Assembly (NCBI GenBank): GCA_043825735.1
Contig: JBDRRP010000125.1
Coordinates: forward strand, 62,001-82,565
Reading direction: 5' to 3'
Length of the DNA: 20,565 nucleotides
Source: Pseudomonadota bacterium
GTDB taxonomy: Bacteria; Desulfobacterota; Desulfobacteria; Desulfobacterales; JBDRRP01
Positions 8,884 to 17,645 of this stretch are shown here, one piece after another. The notes beneath the pieces were generated by a model. It worked only from the letters and a program-made list of their open reading frames with translations. It had not been told where the DNA came from and did not search any database. Made by a program: the position numbers and the translations under genes. How positions within the stretch are numbered: the first letter of the stretch is position 1; every line of letters begins with the position of its first letter.

Positions 8884-10677
8884 GTGCTCAATCTGGCACG
8901 TTACAATCCCGGTTATCTGAAGAGCAAGGCGCCCGAGATTTTTGCCATCGCAAAGCAGGCCACCTCGGTGGATGCCCTGCGGATGGATCTCGCACGACTG
9001 GCCCACGACATGATGTTTGAAACCTTTGACGACTACGATACCATCAGTGCTGGCTCCATCATTCGGGTGTGGGATTGTGCCAAGGTCATGGTCCGGCTCA
9101 TGACCCGGCGCAGTGAGGACATCGCCGGCTTTTCCGTTGCACAGGCGATCATGGACATGGCCCAGAAAACGCCGCGCCCCGATCTCAAGCCCGCCTTTTA
9201 TGCCGAACTGCTGTACCTGTTTTTAGGGCTTCAGGGGCGCGGGCCGGGAAGGGCCCTGGCGGATCTGCATCTGATTCCCACGCGCTTGACCGACCGAAGG
9301 GCCGCCATCGAGCGCTCCCGCCAGCTCGACGATCTTTCCGGGGAGGTGCAGGTCCGGATCGGTAAAAGCACCTCGGGACTGCACGAAGACTCGGTGGCGC
9401 GGCGCAGTGAGCGCCGGGCGCGGATCCTCGGGGAACTGGGTGCGAGCCAGACCCAGTGGGACGACTGGAACTGGCAGGTGGCCAACATCCTTCGCGATGC
9501 GGAGCCCATCTCCCGCCTGGTGACCCTGACCGCCGATGAAAAAAAGGCCATTGCCGGGGCACGGAAAAATGCACTGCCGTTCGGCATCACCCCCCACTAC
9601 CTCTCGATGATGGACGACGACGTCACCGAGGGCAGGGACCGGGCCATCCGGGCCCAGGTGATTCCGCCGCTGTCCTACTTGGAAAAGGTCACCGCGGCCG
9701 ATCGGGGAGGCCAATGCATGGATTTCATGCGTGAGGCCGACACCTCGCCGGTGAATCTGATCACCCGGCGCTATCCGGCCATCTGCATCTTCAAACCCTT
9801 CAACACCTGTCCCCAGATTTGCGTGTATTGCCAGCGCAACTGGGAAATCGACGATGCCATGGCGCCCGGTGCCATGGCGTCGGATGCGCAGATCCAGGCG
9901 GCCGTCAGCTGGATCCGCAAGCATCCGGCCATCAAGGAGGTGCTGATCACCGGTGGCGATCCGCTGGCCATGGCCGATGCGGATATCGACCGAATTATCG
10001 GAATGATCGCCGACATCCCGTCGGTCGAGCGCATCCGCATCGGATCGCGCACGCTCGTGACGCTGCCCATGCGCATCACTGACGCACTGGCCGACATCCT
10101 GGCCGGCTACCGGCAGCCGGGGCGGCGGCAAGTGGCCCTGGTGACCCACGTGCAGCACCCTTACGAATTGACGCCCGACACGGTGGCAGCCGTTGAGCGG
10201 CTGCGGCTCCGGGGCATCGGTATCTACAACCAACTCGTTTACACGTTTTTTGTCTCCCGCCGGTACGAGGCGGCCCACCTCAGGCGCCTGCTCGGCCAGG
10301 TCGGCATCGATCCCTACTACACCTTCAACACCAAGGGAAAAGCGGAAACCGACGCTTACCGCGTTCCCATCGCGCGGCTGCTTCAGGAGCAAAAGGAAGA
10401 GGCCCGGCTGCTGCCCGGCCTCTCGAGGACCGACGAGGCGGTCTATAACGTTCCGGGGATGGGGAAGAACTACCTCAGGGCGAGCGCCCACAGGGACCTC
10501 ATCTCCATCCTTGCCGACGGCACACGGCTGTACGAATTTCATCCCTGGGAGAAAAACATCTCCGGCGCTGCCAAAACACACATCAGCGAAGATGTCCCGA
10601 TCCTGGACTATCTCCAGCGTCTCGATGCCGTGGGCGAAGACGTCTATGACTATCAGACGATCTGGTATTACTACTGA
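8884..10677 (+). CDS. KamA-family radical SAM/PLP 2,3-aminomutase with long N-terminal extension; substrate probably not lysine
   Basis: WDDWNWQ, ITPHYLS, RRYP, CPQICVYCQR (CxxxCxxC), EVLITGGDPL, RIRIGSR, NQLV, PYY and PGMGK (PLP lysine position). GTG start at 8884 follows AAGGAG. Confidence 0.9.
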   Translation: MLNLARYNPGYLKSKAPEIFAIAKQATSVDALRMDLARLAHDMMFETFDDYDTISAGSIIRVWDCAKVMVRLMTRRSEDIAGFSVAQAIMDMAQKTPRPDLKPAFYAELLYLFLGLQGRGPGRALADLHLIPTRLTDRRAAIERSRQLDDLSGEVQVRIGKSTSGLHEDSVARRSERRARILGELGASQTQWDDWNWQVANILRDAEPISRLVTLTADEKKAIAGARKNALPFGITPHYLSMMDDDVTEGRDRAIRAQVIPPLSYLEKVTAADRGGQCMDFMREADTSPVNLITRRYPAICIFKPFNTCPQICVYCQRNWEIDDAMAPGAMASDAQIQAAVSWIRKHPAIKEVLITGGDPLAMADADIDRIIGMIADIPSVERIRIGSRTLVTLPMRITDALADILAGYRQPGRRQVALVTHVQHPYELTPDTVAAVERLRLRGIGIYNQLVYTFFVSRRYEAAHLRRLLGQVGIDPYYTFNTKGKAETDAYRVPIARLLQEQKEEARLLPGLSRTDEAVYNVPGMGKNYLRASAHRDLISILADGTRLYEFHPWEKNISGAAKTHISEDVPILDYLQRLDAVGEDVYDYQTIWYYY

Positions 10678-10684
10678 TAACCCT

Positions 10685-12025
10685 TCAGAAGTGTTTTCGA
10701 TCGAGAAAGTGCGTGTCGATGCGGCCGCTGCAAAAATCAGCGTCTGCAAACACTTTCTGATGAAAGGCAGTGGTCGTGTGGATCCCCTCGATCGACATTT
10801 CACCAAGGGCCCGCTGCATGCGGGCGATTGCCGCCGGGCGGTCCGTGGCCCAGACAGCAAGTTTGCACACCAGCGAATCGTAGAACGGCGGCACCAGGGC
10901 GCCAGCAAATAGATGGGTGTCCACCCGGACCCCGGGACCTGCCGGCAGGCGCATCGACCGCACCTCGCCCGGGGACGGCATGAAACCGTTTTCCGGGTCC
11001 GCGGCATTGATCCGGCACTCCATCGACCACCCCCGCAACATTATCTCCGCCTGCCTCGCAGACAAGGGCTCGCCGGCGGCGATACGAATCTGCTCCTGGA
11101 CGATGTCGACACCGGTGACCATTTCCGTCACCGGGTGCTCCACCTGGACCCGGGCGTTGATCTCCATGAAATAGAACCGGCCCTGTGCGTCCACCAGAAA
11201 TTCCATGGTACCGGCATTGGTGTACCCGATGGCCCGGGCCGCGCTGACGGCGGTCTCTCCCATGCGCGCGCGCAGGGCGGCGCCGACGAACGGGCTCGGA
11301 GATTCCTCGATGAGTTTCTGGTAGCGGTGCTGGATGCTGCATTCGCGCTCTCCGAGGTGGATGCAGGCGCCGCGCGTGTCCGCAAGGATCTGGATCTCGA
11401 TGTGGCGGGGCGTGTCGATGTACTTTTCCAGATAGAGATCGGGGGCGCCGAAGGCCGCTCGGGCTTCGCCGGAGGCCGTTGCAAAGGCGCTGCGCAGGGC
11501 CTCAGGGTCGTTCGCCACCCGCATGCCCCGGCCGCCGCCGCCACCGGCTGCCTTGAGGATGACCGGATAGCCGATCCCCTCGGCCACGGACACGGCGCTC
11601 TTGGAATCTGCGATGATGCCGTCGCTGCCGGGGATGGTGGGGATTCCCAGTTCTTCAAGGCGGCGCCGGGCCGCCGATTTGTTGCCGGCCATGGCGATGG
11701 CTTCGGGGGAGGGGCCGATAAAGGTCAGACCGTTGTCGGCGCAGGCACCGGCGAATGCCGGGTCTTCAGAAAGAAATCCGTACCCCGGGTGGACGGCATC
11801 GGCGCCGACACTGAGGGCGGCCTGGATGATTTTTTCCCGGTCGAGGTAACTCTTGCGGCTGAGGGCCGGGCCGATGTGCACCGCCTCGTCGGCCAGCCGC
11901 ACCGGAAGACTGTCCTTGTCGGCATCGGAGTAGACCACGACGCCGGGGATTCCCATTTCACGGCAGGCCCGAAGGACGCGAAGGGCGATTTCGCCGCGGT
12001 TGGCAATGAGGATTTTCTTGAACAC
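10685..12025 (-). CDS. accC: biotin carboxylase subunit (AccC-like)
   Basis: KILIANRGEIA, HPGYGFLSE, KAAGGGGGRGM, ERECSIQ, FMEINARVQVEHPVTE, YDSL; AGGAG RBS before the GTG start. Confidence 0.95.
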   Translation of the reverse strand: MFKKILIANRGEIALRVLRACREMGIPGVVVYSDADKDSLPVRLADEAVHIGPALSRKSYLDREKIIQAALSVGADAVHPGYGFLSEDPAFAGACADNGLTFIGPSPEAIAMAGNKSAARRRLEELGIPTIPGSDGIIADSKSAVSVAEGIGYPVILKAAGGGGGRGMRVANDPEALRSAFATASGEARAAFGAPDLYLEKYIDTPRHIEIQILADTRGACIHLGERECSIQHRYQKLIEESPSPFVGAALRARMGETAVSAARAIGYTNAGTMEFLVDAQGRFYFMEINARVQVEHPVTEMVTGVDIVQEQIRIAAGEPLSARQAEIMLRGWSMECRINAADPENGFMPSPGEVRSMRLPAGPGVRVDTHLFAGALVPPFYDSLVCKLAVWATDRPAAIARMQRALGEMSIEGIHTTTAFHQKVFADADFCSGRIDTHFLDRKHF

Positions 12026-12090
12026 AGCGCTTCTCCTTTTCCTGCCATGATCGGCTAAGATGACCTCAATCGTTCGTGTTCACCGATCAC

Positions 12091-12146
12091 GGGCGGGGAT
12101 CCTCCTTCGCCAAGGCTATGGCGGACAAGAAAACCCCGCACCTTAC
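12091..12146. repeat. REP-like hairpin with nested inner hairpin
   Basis: Outer arms GGGCGGGG...CCCCGCACC followed by TTAC (minus strand GTAA, a degenerate GTAG-like foot) enclose CCTCCTTCGCCAAGGCTATGGCGGACAAG. Confidence 0.5.
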
Positions 12147-12162
12147 ATGATTGAGTGACTCA

Positions 12163-12456
12163 CGGTGTCCCTGCGGAATGCCGCGATGGGCGCTTCGGTG
12201 CGTAGATTTTGGTTCAGCGCAAGGCCCGAGCATTTTCGCAACCGCAGGCGTAGCGGTAGCTACGTTGAGGATTTCGAAAAGTGCGGGCCAGCGCAGCGAG
12301 CGATCGCGAGCGAATAAAAATGGCCTGATGCCTTACTGGTAAGCCCCGAGATGTTTGGGGGCTTAAAAACGCCGCGCTGGGCCAAGCTTTTCGCCTGGAA
12401 CCCAGCGCGTAGCGCAGGGTTTCTAAGGCAAAGATGCCATCTATGGACGGGCACCG
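12163..12456. mobile_element. ~294-bp non-coding MITE-like hairpin mosaic
   Basis: Short inverted ends CGGTGTCC (12163-12170) and GGGCACCG (12449-12456). Long imperfect central hairpin GGCCCG..TTTTCG..GCGTAGC-ggta-GCTACGT..CGAAAA..CGGGCC, plus several small hairpins. Confidence 0.5.
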
Positions 12457-12698
12457 GTGATTTCGACGAGTGCCTGGTCCTTCATCACCGGGTCTTCGTC
12501 TTCCACCAGGATGGCGCTGACGGTCCCGCCACGGTCGGCACGCAGTTCGGTGAAGATTTTCATGGATTCGATGATGCACACCACGTCCCCGGCCGACACG
12601 GTCTGCCCCACCGAGACCAGCGGTTTTTCGTCGGGGCCGGCGGCCCTGTAGAAGGTTCCCATTACAGGCGATACGACGGTGTAGACGGCATCGGCCAT
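12441..12698 (-). CDS. accB: stand-alone biotin carboxyl carrier protein (85 aa, biotinyl domain only)
   Basis: VVSPVMGTFYRA...VCIIESMKIFTEL with the biotinylation MK motif; GGAGGA RBS. Lacks the N-terminal and linker region of housekeeping AccB. Confidence 0.9.
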   Translation of the reverse strand: MADAVYTVVSPVMGTFYRAAGPDEKPLVSVGQTVSAGDVVCIIESMKIFTELRADRGGTVSAILVEDEDPVMKDQALVEITGARP

Positions 12699-12773
12699 GA
12701 GTCGTCCTCCATTTCAAGTAAGGTGATGGACACCAATTAGCCGCCGGGGGTGTGCGGGCGACGGATAAAATAT

Positions 12774-12804
12774 ACTTGACATATATTTACAGGATATGTC
12801 AAGT
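12774..12804. promoter_or_regulatory. perfect 11-bp inverted repeat in the divergent promoter region; candidate GntR operator
   Basis: ACTTGACATAT-N9-ATATGTCAAGT, AT-rich, between accB and gntR; each arm contains TTGACA. Confidence 0.6.
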
Positions 12805-12835
12805 TTCGCCATCACCCCGAACCTGCAGGCAGGCC

Positions 12836-13519
12836 ATGACGCATCAGTTCCAAAAAACCGGGCAACCCCTCGGGGCCCTCGCCTACGATGCCATTTACCG
12901 AAAGATCATGATTCTGGAGTACGCCCCCGGGCAGCGCCTGGAAGAACAGCATCTCGTGACCCAACTGGGCATCGGCCGCACCCCGGTGCGTGAGGCGCTC
13001 CAGCGGCTGGCAAATGATTTCATGGTGGAATCCCACCACAACAAAGGCTTTGAAGTCCGACCGATCACGCTGCAAAACATCAAGGCCGCCTTCGCCGCGT
13101 TGAAGATCCTCGAGCTCGGCGTGGCTGAGTTGGCCGTCCGGCGCGATGTGGGCCCCCTGCTGGAAGACATGAGCGGTGCCAACGATCAGGTGTCGGCGGC
13201 CATCGCCGCCAACGATGTACTCGGGCTGGTGGAAGCAAACAGCCGGTTTCACCAGCTCTTTGCCCAGGCTTCGGGCAACGACTATCTCATCCGGGGGCTG
13301 CACAAAGTCCGCTGCGAGACCGACCGGCTGGCGTATCTGTCCTTCAACAACGCGGTGGACCCCTTGCGCTCCCAGCAGGAGCACTACCGCAGTGTGGTGG
13401 ATCAGCACAGCGCCATCATCGAAGGCATCGCCCGTCGTCGAGAGAGCCCCCTGAAAAAGACCCTGATCGCCCATATCCAGGCGTTTCAGAACCGCATTCT
13501 GCTGTACATGGCGTCCTGA
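12836..13519 (+). CDS. GntR-family transcriptional regulator (FCD C-terminal domain)
   Basis: PGQRLEE..L...LGIGRTPVREALQRL HTH; NSRFH...SGN...H..H FCD pattern. Confidence 0.92.
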   Translation: MTHQFQKTGQPLGALAYDAIYRKIMILEYAPGQRLEEQHLVTQLGIGRTPVREALQRLANDFMVESHHNKGFEVRPITLQNIKAAFAALKILELGVAELAVRRDVGPLLEDMSGANDQVSAAIAANDVLGLVEANSRFHQLFAQASGNDYLIRGLHKVRCETDRLAYLSFNNAVDPLRSQQEHYRSVVDQHSAIIEGIARRRESPLKKTLIAHIQAFQNRILLYMAS

Positions 13520-13590
13520 GAAGGACGCCCGCTGCTAAGGCAGCAACAACGCACAATCGAACACATCACCCCATTTTCTAGGAGGAACGC

Positions 13591-14580
13591 ATGAAAAGAA
13601 CAGTCAGTATCATCCTGGTGTTGCTGGTGGCTCTGGCGCTGGCCCCGGAAGGTTGGGCCAAGACGAAGTGGGATCTCCACCTGAACTATCCTGCGGGCAA
13701 TTTTCACTCCCAGGGTGCTCAGCGGTTCGCAGACCGGGTCAAGGAGGCCACGGGCGGTGAGCTGGAAATCGTGCTGCATCCGGGCGCCGCCCTGGGATTC
13801 AAGGGACCCGAGCTGCTGCGCGCCGTGGCTGAAGGCCAGCTGGCCGTGGCCGAGATCCCCACCGGGATGGTGGAAGGCGATGCGCCGGTGCTGGCCCTCA
13901 CGGCTCAGCCGTTCATCTCCACCAACGCTTTCGAGCAGCGGCTGCTTTACCAGCTCGCCAAGCCGACCTATGCCAAGACCCTGAAAAAGTTCAATCAGTT
14001 TACCCTCTACACTTCGGTGTGGCCATTCTCGGGCATCTACACCCAGCGGCCCATTGCCTCCGAGGCCGATCTCAAGGGGCTCAAGATGCGGGTCTACGAC
14101 GGCACCGGGCTGACCTTCGGAGAAGCCACCGGGATTGCCGCGCGCAAGATGCCCTTCAGCGAGGTCTACCCGGCCATGAAGGCGGGGCTGCTCGATTCCA
14201 TGTACACCTCCTCGGTGTCGGGGGTGGATGCCAAGGCGTGGGAGGTGCTCAAATACTTCACGCCCATCAACATCGTCGGCCCGGTGAACATGATCAACGT
14301 CAACATGGCCGCCTGGGAGAAGCTGCCCAAGGAAATGCAGGCCAAGGTGCTCGAGATCGCCGAGGACATGGAGGACGAGATGTGGAACCTGGCCGGTGAC
14401 ATGGATAGAAAGAGCCGGGCCACCCTCAAAGAGAACGGCATGGAAGTGAGCACCGTCACCAAGTCCTTCCGCTCCGAACTCAACGCCATCGGCGACAAGC
14501 TCCGTGGTGAGTGGGCCAAGAAAGCCGGTGCGGACGCCCAGGCGATTTTGAAGCAGTATTACCAGATCACCGGCAGGTGA
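13591..14580 (+). CDS. dctP: TRAP transporter substrate-binding protein
   Basis: Signal peptide; DLKGLKMRVY with the conserved carboxylate-binding Arg; SEVYPAMKAGLLD; AGGAGG RBS; followed by dctQ and dctM. Confidence 0.93.
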   Translation: MKRTVSIILVLLVALALAPEGWAKTKWDLHLNYPAGNFHSQGAQRFADRVKEATGGELEIVLHPGAALGFKGPELLRAVAEGQLAVAEIPTGMVEGDAPVLALTAQPFISTNAFEQRLLYQLAKPTYAKTLKKFNQFTLYTSVWPFSGIYTQRPIASEADLKGLKMRVYDGTGLTFGEATGIAARKMPFSEVYPAMKAGLLDSMYTSSVSGVDAKAWEVLKYFTPINIVGPVNMINVNMAAWEKLPKEMQAKVLEIAEDMEDEMWNLAGDMDRKSRATLKENGMEVSTVTKSFRSELNAIGDKLRGEWAKKAGADAQAILKQYYQITGR

Positions 14581-14665
14581 CCATCCGGAAACGGCATTTT
14601 TCAACACGCAATGCCGCAGGTCGGACGGGCGTAAAAATTTTCCGCCCCCCCTGTCGATCAACTTT

Positions 14666-14798
14666 GGTGAAACCGTAAAAAGTGATTTCGAACCACAGAG
14701 ACCGCAGCGGGCCACAGAGAATATTATGAATAATTAATAAGTTATCTCTGCGCTCTCTGCGTTCTCTGTGGTGATTTCAGTCTTTTTACGAATTTGTC
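14666..14798 (-). mobile_element. MITE-like element, copy B, with imperfect TIRs, 6-bp flanking direct repeat and inner CACAGAG palindrome (14692-14772)
   Basis: AACTTT at 14660-14665 and 14799-14804; ends GGTGAAACCGTAAAAAG and CTTTTTACGAATTTGTC share the inverted core CGTAAAAAG; homologous to 779-900. Confidence 0.75.
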
Positions 14799-14822
14799 AA
14801 CTTTTATGATTTTAGGACACCG

Positions 14823-15326
14823 ATGCAGACAGTGATTCGTTGGATAGAGTACATCAGCGACTGGAGCGCCCGGATTTCAGCCGTTCTTCTGGGGCTCATG
14901 ACCGTTCTCATTCTCGTGGAAATCTTCCTGTGGAACATTTTCGAGAAGACCACCCTCATTGCCGACGAGTACTGTGCCTACGGACTGGCGGCCATCATCT
15001 TCATGGGGGCCGGCTACTGCCTCAAGGAAAAGGGGCACATCCGCATCACGCTGGTGCTGGGATTTCTCCCAGAGCGCCTCTCCCGCAGCATCGCCGTGGC
15101 GGCCACGGCGATGACCACCGCGTTTTGCGGCTATCTGTGGTGGTACCTGTATAAAATGGTCGCTTCGGCCTATCGCTACGATTCCACCTCGGGAACCCTC
15201 ACCAATACCCCCCTATGGATCCCCCAGACCTTCATGCTGGCGGGCGCCGCCTGCTTTGTGCTGCAATTGGCGGCAACCACCATGAAGACGTTTCGGGCCG
15301 TATCGACCGGCGAGGAGGTCATCTGA
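14823..15326 (+). CDS. dctQ: TRAP transporter small permease
   Basis: 167 aa with four hydrophobic segments, GHIRIT motif and TPLWIPQ; stop overlaps the dctM start (TGATG). Confidence 0.92.
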   Translation: MQTVIRWIEYISDWSARISAVLLGLMTVLILVEIFLWNIFEKTTLIADEYCAYGLAAIIFMGAGYCLKEKGHIRITLVLGFLPERLSRSIAVAATAMTTAFCGYLWWYLYKMVASAYRYDSTSGTLTNTPLWIPQTFMLAGAACFVLQLAATTMKTFRAVSTGEEVI

Positions 15327-16636
15327 TGGATGCGGGTATGATGACCATGTCACTGGTGGTATTCGGTATTCTTTTTCTGGCCCTGAGCGCCGGGGTGTGG
15401 GTGGGGTTCGCCTTGTTCATGGTGGGATTTGTGGGCATGACGTTTTTCAGCTCACTGCCCGCCGGCAACAACATGGCTTCCTCGGTGTGGTCTACGGTGG
15501 AAAAATGGGAGTACGTGGCGCTGCCGCTGTTCATTCTCATGGGGGAGATTCTGTATCGGTCCGGCATCTCCGAAAAGCTGTTCAAGGCGCTGGTGCCTTG
15601 GCTTTACCGCCTGCCCGGCGGTCTGCTGCTGATGAACATCCTCTCGTGCACCCTGTTTGCCGCGGTATCGGGTTCTTCGGCGGCCACCACCGCCACGGTG
15701 GGCCGGATCACCCTGGCCGAGCTGGACAAGCTGGGCTATGACCGCAAGATCGCCATGGGATCGCTGGCCGGTGCCGGGACCCTGGGGTTTCTGATCCCCC
15801 CGTCGCTCATCATGATCGTCTACGCCATCCTGGCGGAAGTCTCCATCGGCAAGATGTTCATGGCGGGCATTCTTCCGGGGCTGCTGCTTTCCAGCATCTA
15901 TTCGGCCTACATCATCTATCGGGGCATCCGGACCCCGGAGATCGCCCCCCGGACGCAGGATACCTATACCTGGGCCGAGCGTCTGGTGGCGATGAAGGAC
16001 CTGGCGCCCACCCTGGTGCTCATCCTGATGGTGCTGGGAAGCATTTACGCGGGCATCGCCACACCCACCGAGGCCGCGGCCTTGGGAGTTTTCGGTGCCA
16101 CGGTGTTTGCTTTCCTAAACCGCCAGATGAACCCGGCCATTTTATTCGAGTGCCTCATGGGGGCGGTCAAGACCAACGCCATGATCATGCTCATCGTCGT
16201 GGGCGCCGGCTTTCTGTCGCGGGTCATGGGGTTCTTGGGGATCCCGGCGGCCCTGACCACGGCCATCATCGGCATGAATCTGTCGCCCTATATGCTGATG
16301 ATCCTTCTCGGATTGGTCTACGTGGTGCTGGGCTGTTTGCTGGACGGGTTCTCCATCGTGGTGATGACGCTTCCCATCGCGCTGCCCATGGTGACCGCGG
16401 CCGGATTCGACCCGATCTGGTTCGGCATCTATCTGATCCTCATGGTGGAGGTGAGCCAGATCACGCCGCCGGTAGGCTTTAACCTTTTCGTGATCCAGGG
16501 GCTCACCGGCGAGCCCATCATGCGCATCGCCCAATACGCACTGCCGTTTTTCTTTCTCATGCTGCTTACCACGGCCATCATCACGGTGTTTCCGGAGATC
16601 GCCCTGGTGCTGCCCAACATGATGTCGGTAAAGTAG
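15326..16636 (+). CDS. dctM: TRAP transporter large permease
   Basis: ALPLFILMG, SGSSAAT, GTLGFLIPPS, ATPTEAAA, DPIWFG, ITPPVGFNLFV; ATG at 15326 is coupled to the dctQ stop. Confidence 0.95.
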   Translation: MDAGMMTMSLVVFGILFLALSAGVWVGFALFMVGFVGMTFFSSLPAGNNMASSVWSTVEKWEYVALPLFILMGEILYRSGISEKLFKALVPWLYRLPGGLLLMNILSCTLFAAVSGSSAATTATVGRITLAELDKLGYDRKIAMGSLAGAGTLGFLIPPSLIMIVYAILAEVSIGKMFMAGILPGLLLSSIYSAYIIYRGIRTPEIAPRTQDTYTWAERLVAMKDLAPTLVLILMVLGSIYAGIATPTEAAALGVFGATVFAFLNRQMNPAILFECLMGAVKTNAMIMLIVVGAGFLSRVMGFLGIPAALTTAIIGMNLSPYMLMILLGLVYVVLGCLLDGFSIVVMTLPIALPMVTAAGFDPIWFGIYLILMVEVSQITPPVGFNLFVIQGLTGEPIMRIAQYALPFFFLMLLTTAIITVFPEIALVLPNMMSVK

Positions 16637-16682
16637 TGCCGATCCGGCAGTTCAGGCTCCACAGCTGTAGCACTGATTTTGA

Positions 16683-16768
16683 ACCACGGAGTCACGGAGG
16701 ACACGGAGATTATGTAATCAACATCAACTGCTTTTGATTCTCTCCGTGCCCTCCGTGAACTCCGTGGT
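16683..16768. repeat. CACGGAG-unit palindrome, copy C
   Basis: ACCACGGAGTCACGGAGGACACGGAGA, 31-nt AT-rich spacer, TCTCCGTGCCCTCCGTGAACTCCGTGGT. Confidence 0.9.
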
Positions 16769-16845
16769 GATCAAATTGTCAACGGGGACACCGGCCTTAG
16801 ACGCTAACTTGAGTTTCATTAATAAGCGGTTATGGAAATATTATT

Positions 16846-17613
16846 ATGACGAGCATCGATCTGAACTGCGACATGGGGGAAAGCTTCGGCGCATATTCGA
16901 TCGGCAACGATGCGTCGGTGTTTGATTACATCACATCGGCCAATGTGGCCTGCGGGTGGCATGCCGGCGATCCGCGCGTGATGGACCGCACCGTCGCCAT
17001 GGCTGCCGCCCGCGGCGTGGGGGTCGGCGCGCACCCCGGTTTTCCCGACTCGGTGGGGTTCGGCCGGCGGTTCATGGCTTGCACCCCGGAAGAGATCCGC
17101 ACCGATCTCATCTATCAGATCGGCGCCTTGCAGGCCTTCTGCCAGGTCCACGGCACCCGGCTTCGGCACGTCAAACCTCACGGCGCCCTCTATCTTGCCG
17201 CTGTGGAAGACGCCGATGTGGCCCGGGCCGTGGCCGAGGCCATCGTCAGTGTGGACAGCACACTGCGCTTCGTTGCGTTGGCCGGAAAAAAAGGGGCCGT
17301 GATGCGCCGCATCGGAGAAGAAGTCGGACTGACGGTGGTCTACGAAGCCTTTCCGGATCGGGCTTACACGCCCGAAGGTACCCTGGCGCCGCGCCGGGAG
17401 CCCGGGGCCGTCATCAAGGATGCCGCCGAAGTGGCCCGGCGCGCGCTGCTGATGGCGACCGAGCGCCGGGTCGTCGCCACCGATGGCACGGTCATCGATC
17501 TTGAGGTCCAGACCCTGTGCGTTCACGGCGATACCCCCACCGCCGCCGATTCGGTGCGCCATATCCGCGAGACATTAGAGGCGGCCGGTGTCACGCTGGC
17601 GCCCATGGCTTGA
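16846..17613 (+). CDS. pxpA: 5-oxoprolinase subunit A family protein (LamB/YcsF)
   Basis: IDLNCDMGESFG, SANVACGWHAGDP, GAHPGFPD..GFGRR, HVKPHGALY, QTLCVHGDTP. Confidence 0.95.
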   Translation: MTSIDLNCDMGESFGAYSIGNDASVFDYITSANVACGWHAGDPRVMDRTVAMAAARGVGVGAHPGFPDSVGFGRRFMACTPEEIRTDLIYQIGALQAFCQVHGTRLRHVKPHGALYLAAVEDADVARAVAEAIVSVDSTLRFVALAGKKGAVMRRIGEEVGLTVVYEAFPDRAYTPEGTLAPRREPGAVIKDAAEVARRALLMATERRVVATDGTVIDLEVQTLCVHGDTPTAADSVRHIRETLEAAGVTLAPMA

Positions 17614-17645
17614 GGGGCGGAAGGAAGGCGGGAAACGACGGGTGA

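Noticed and set aside
8884..10677. Calling the aminomutase kamA, ablA or epmB
   Set aside because: Substrate-determining positions appear to be Lys/Asn rather than Asp/Asp, and no lysine-fermentation, ablB or efp/epmA neighbours are present in the window.
12151..12342. 63-aa ORF and other short ORFs in the accB-accC gap
   Set aside because: No RBS or motifs; the region is better explained as palindromic repeat DNA.
14583..14650. Hairpins after dctP (CGGCATT/AATGCCG and GGGCG/CGCCC) as a terminator
   Set aside because: No U-tract and dctQM follow in the same direction; at most mRNA-stabilising stems, too weak to call.
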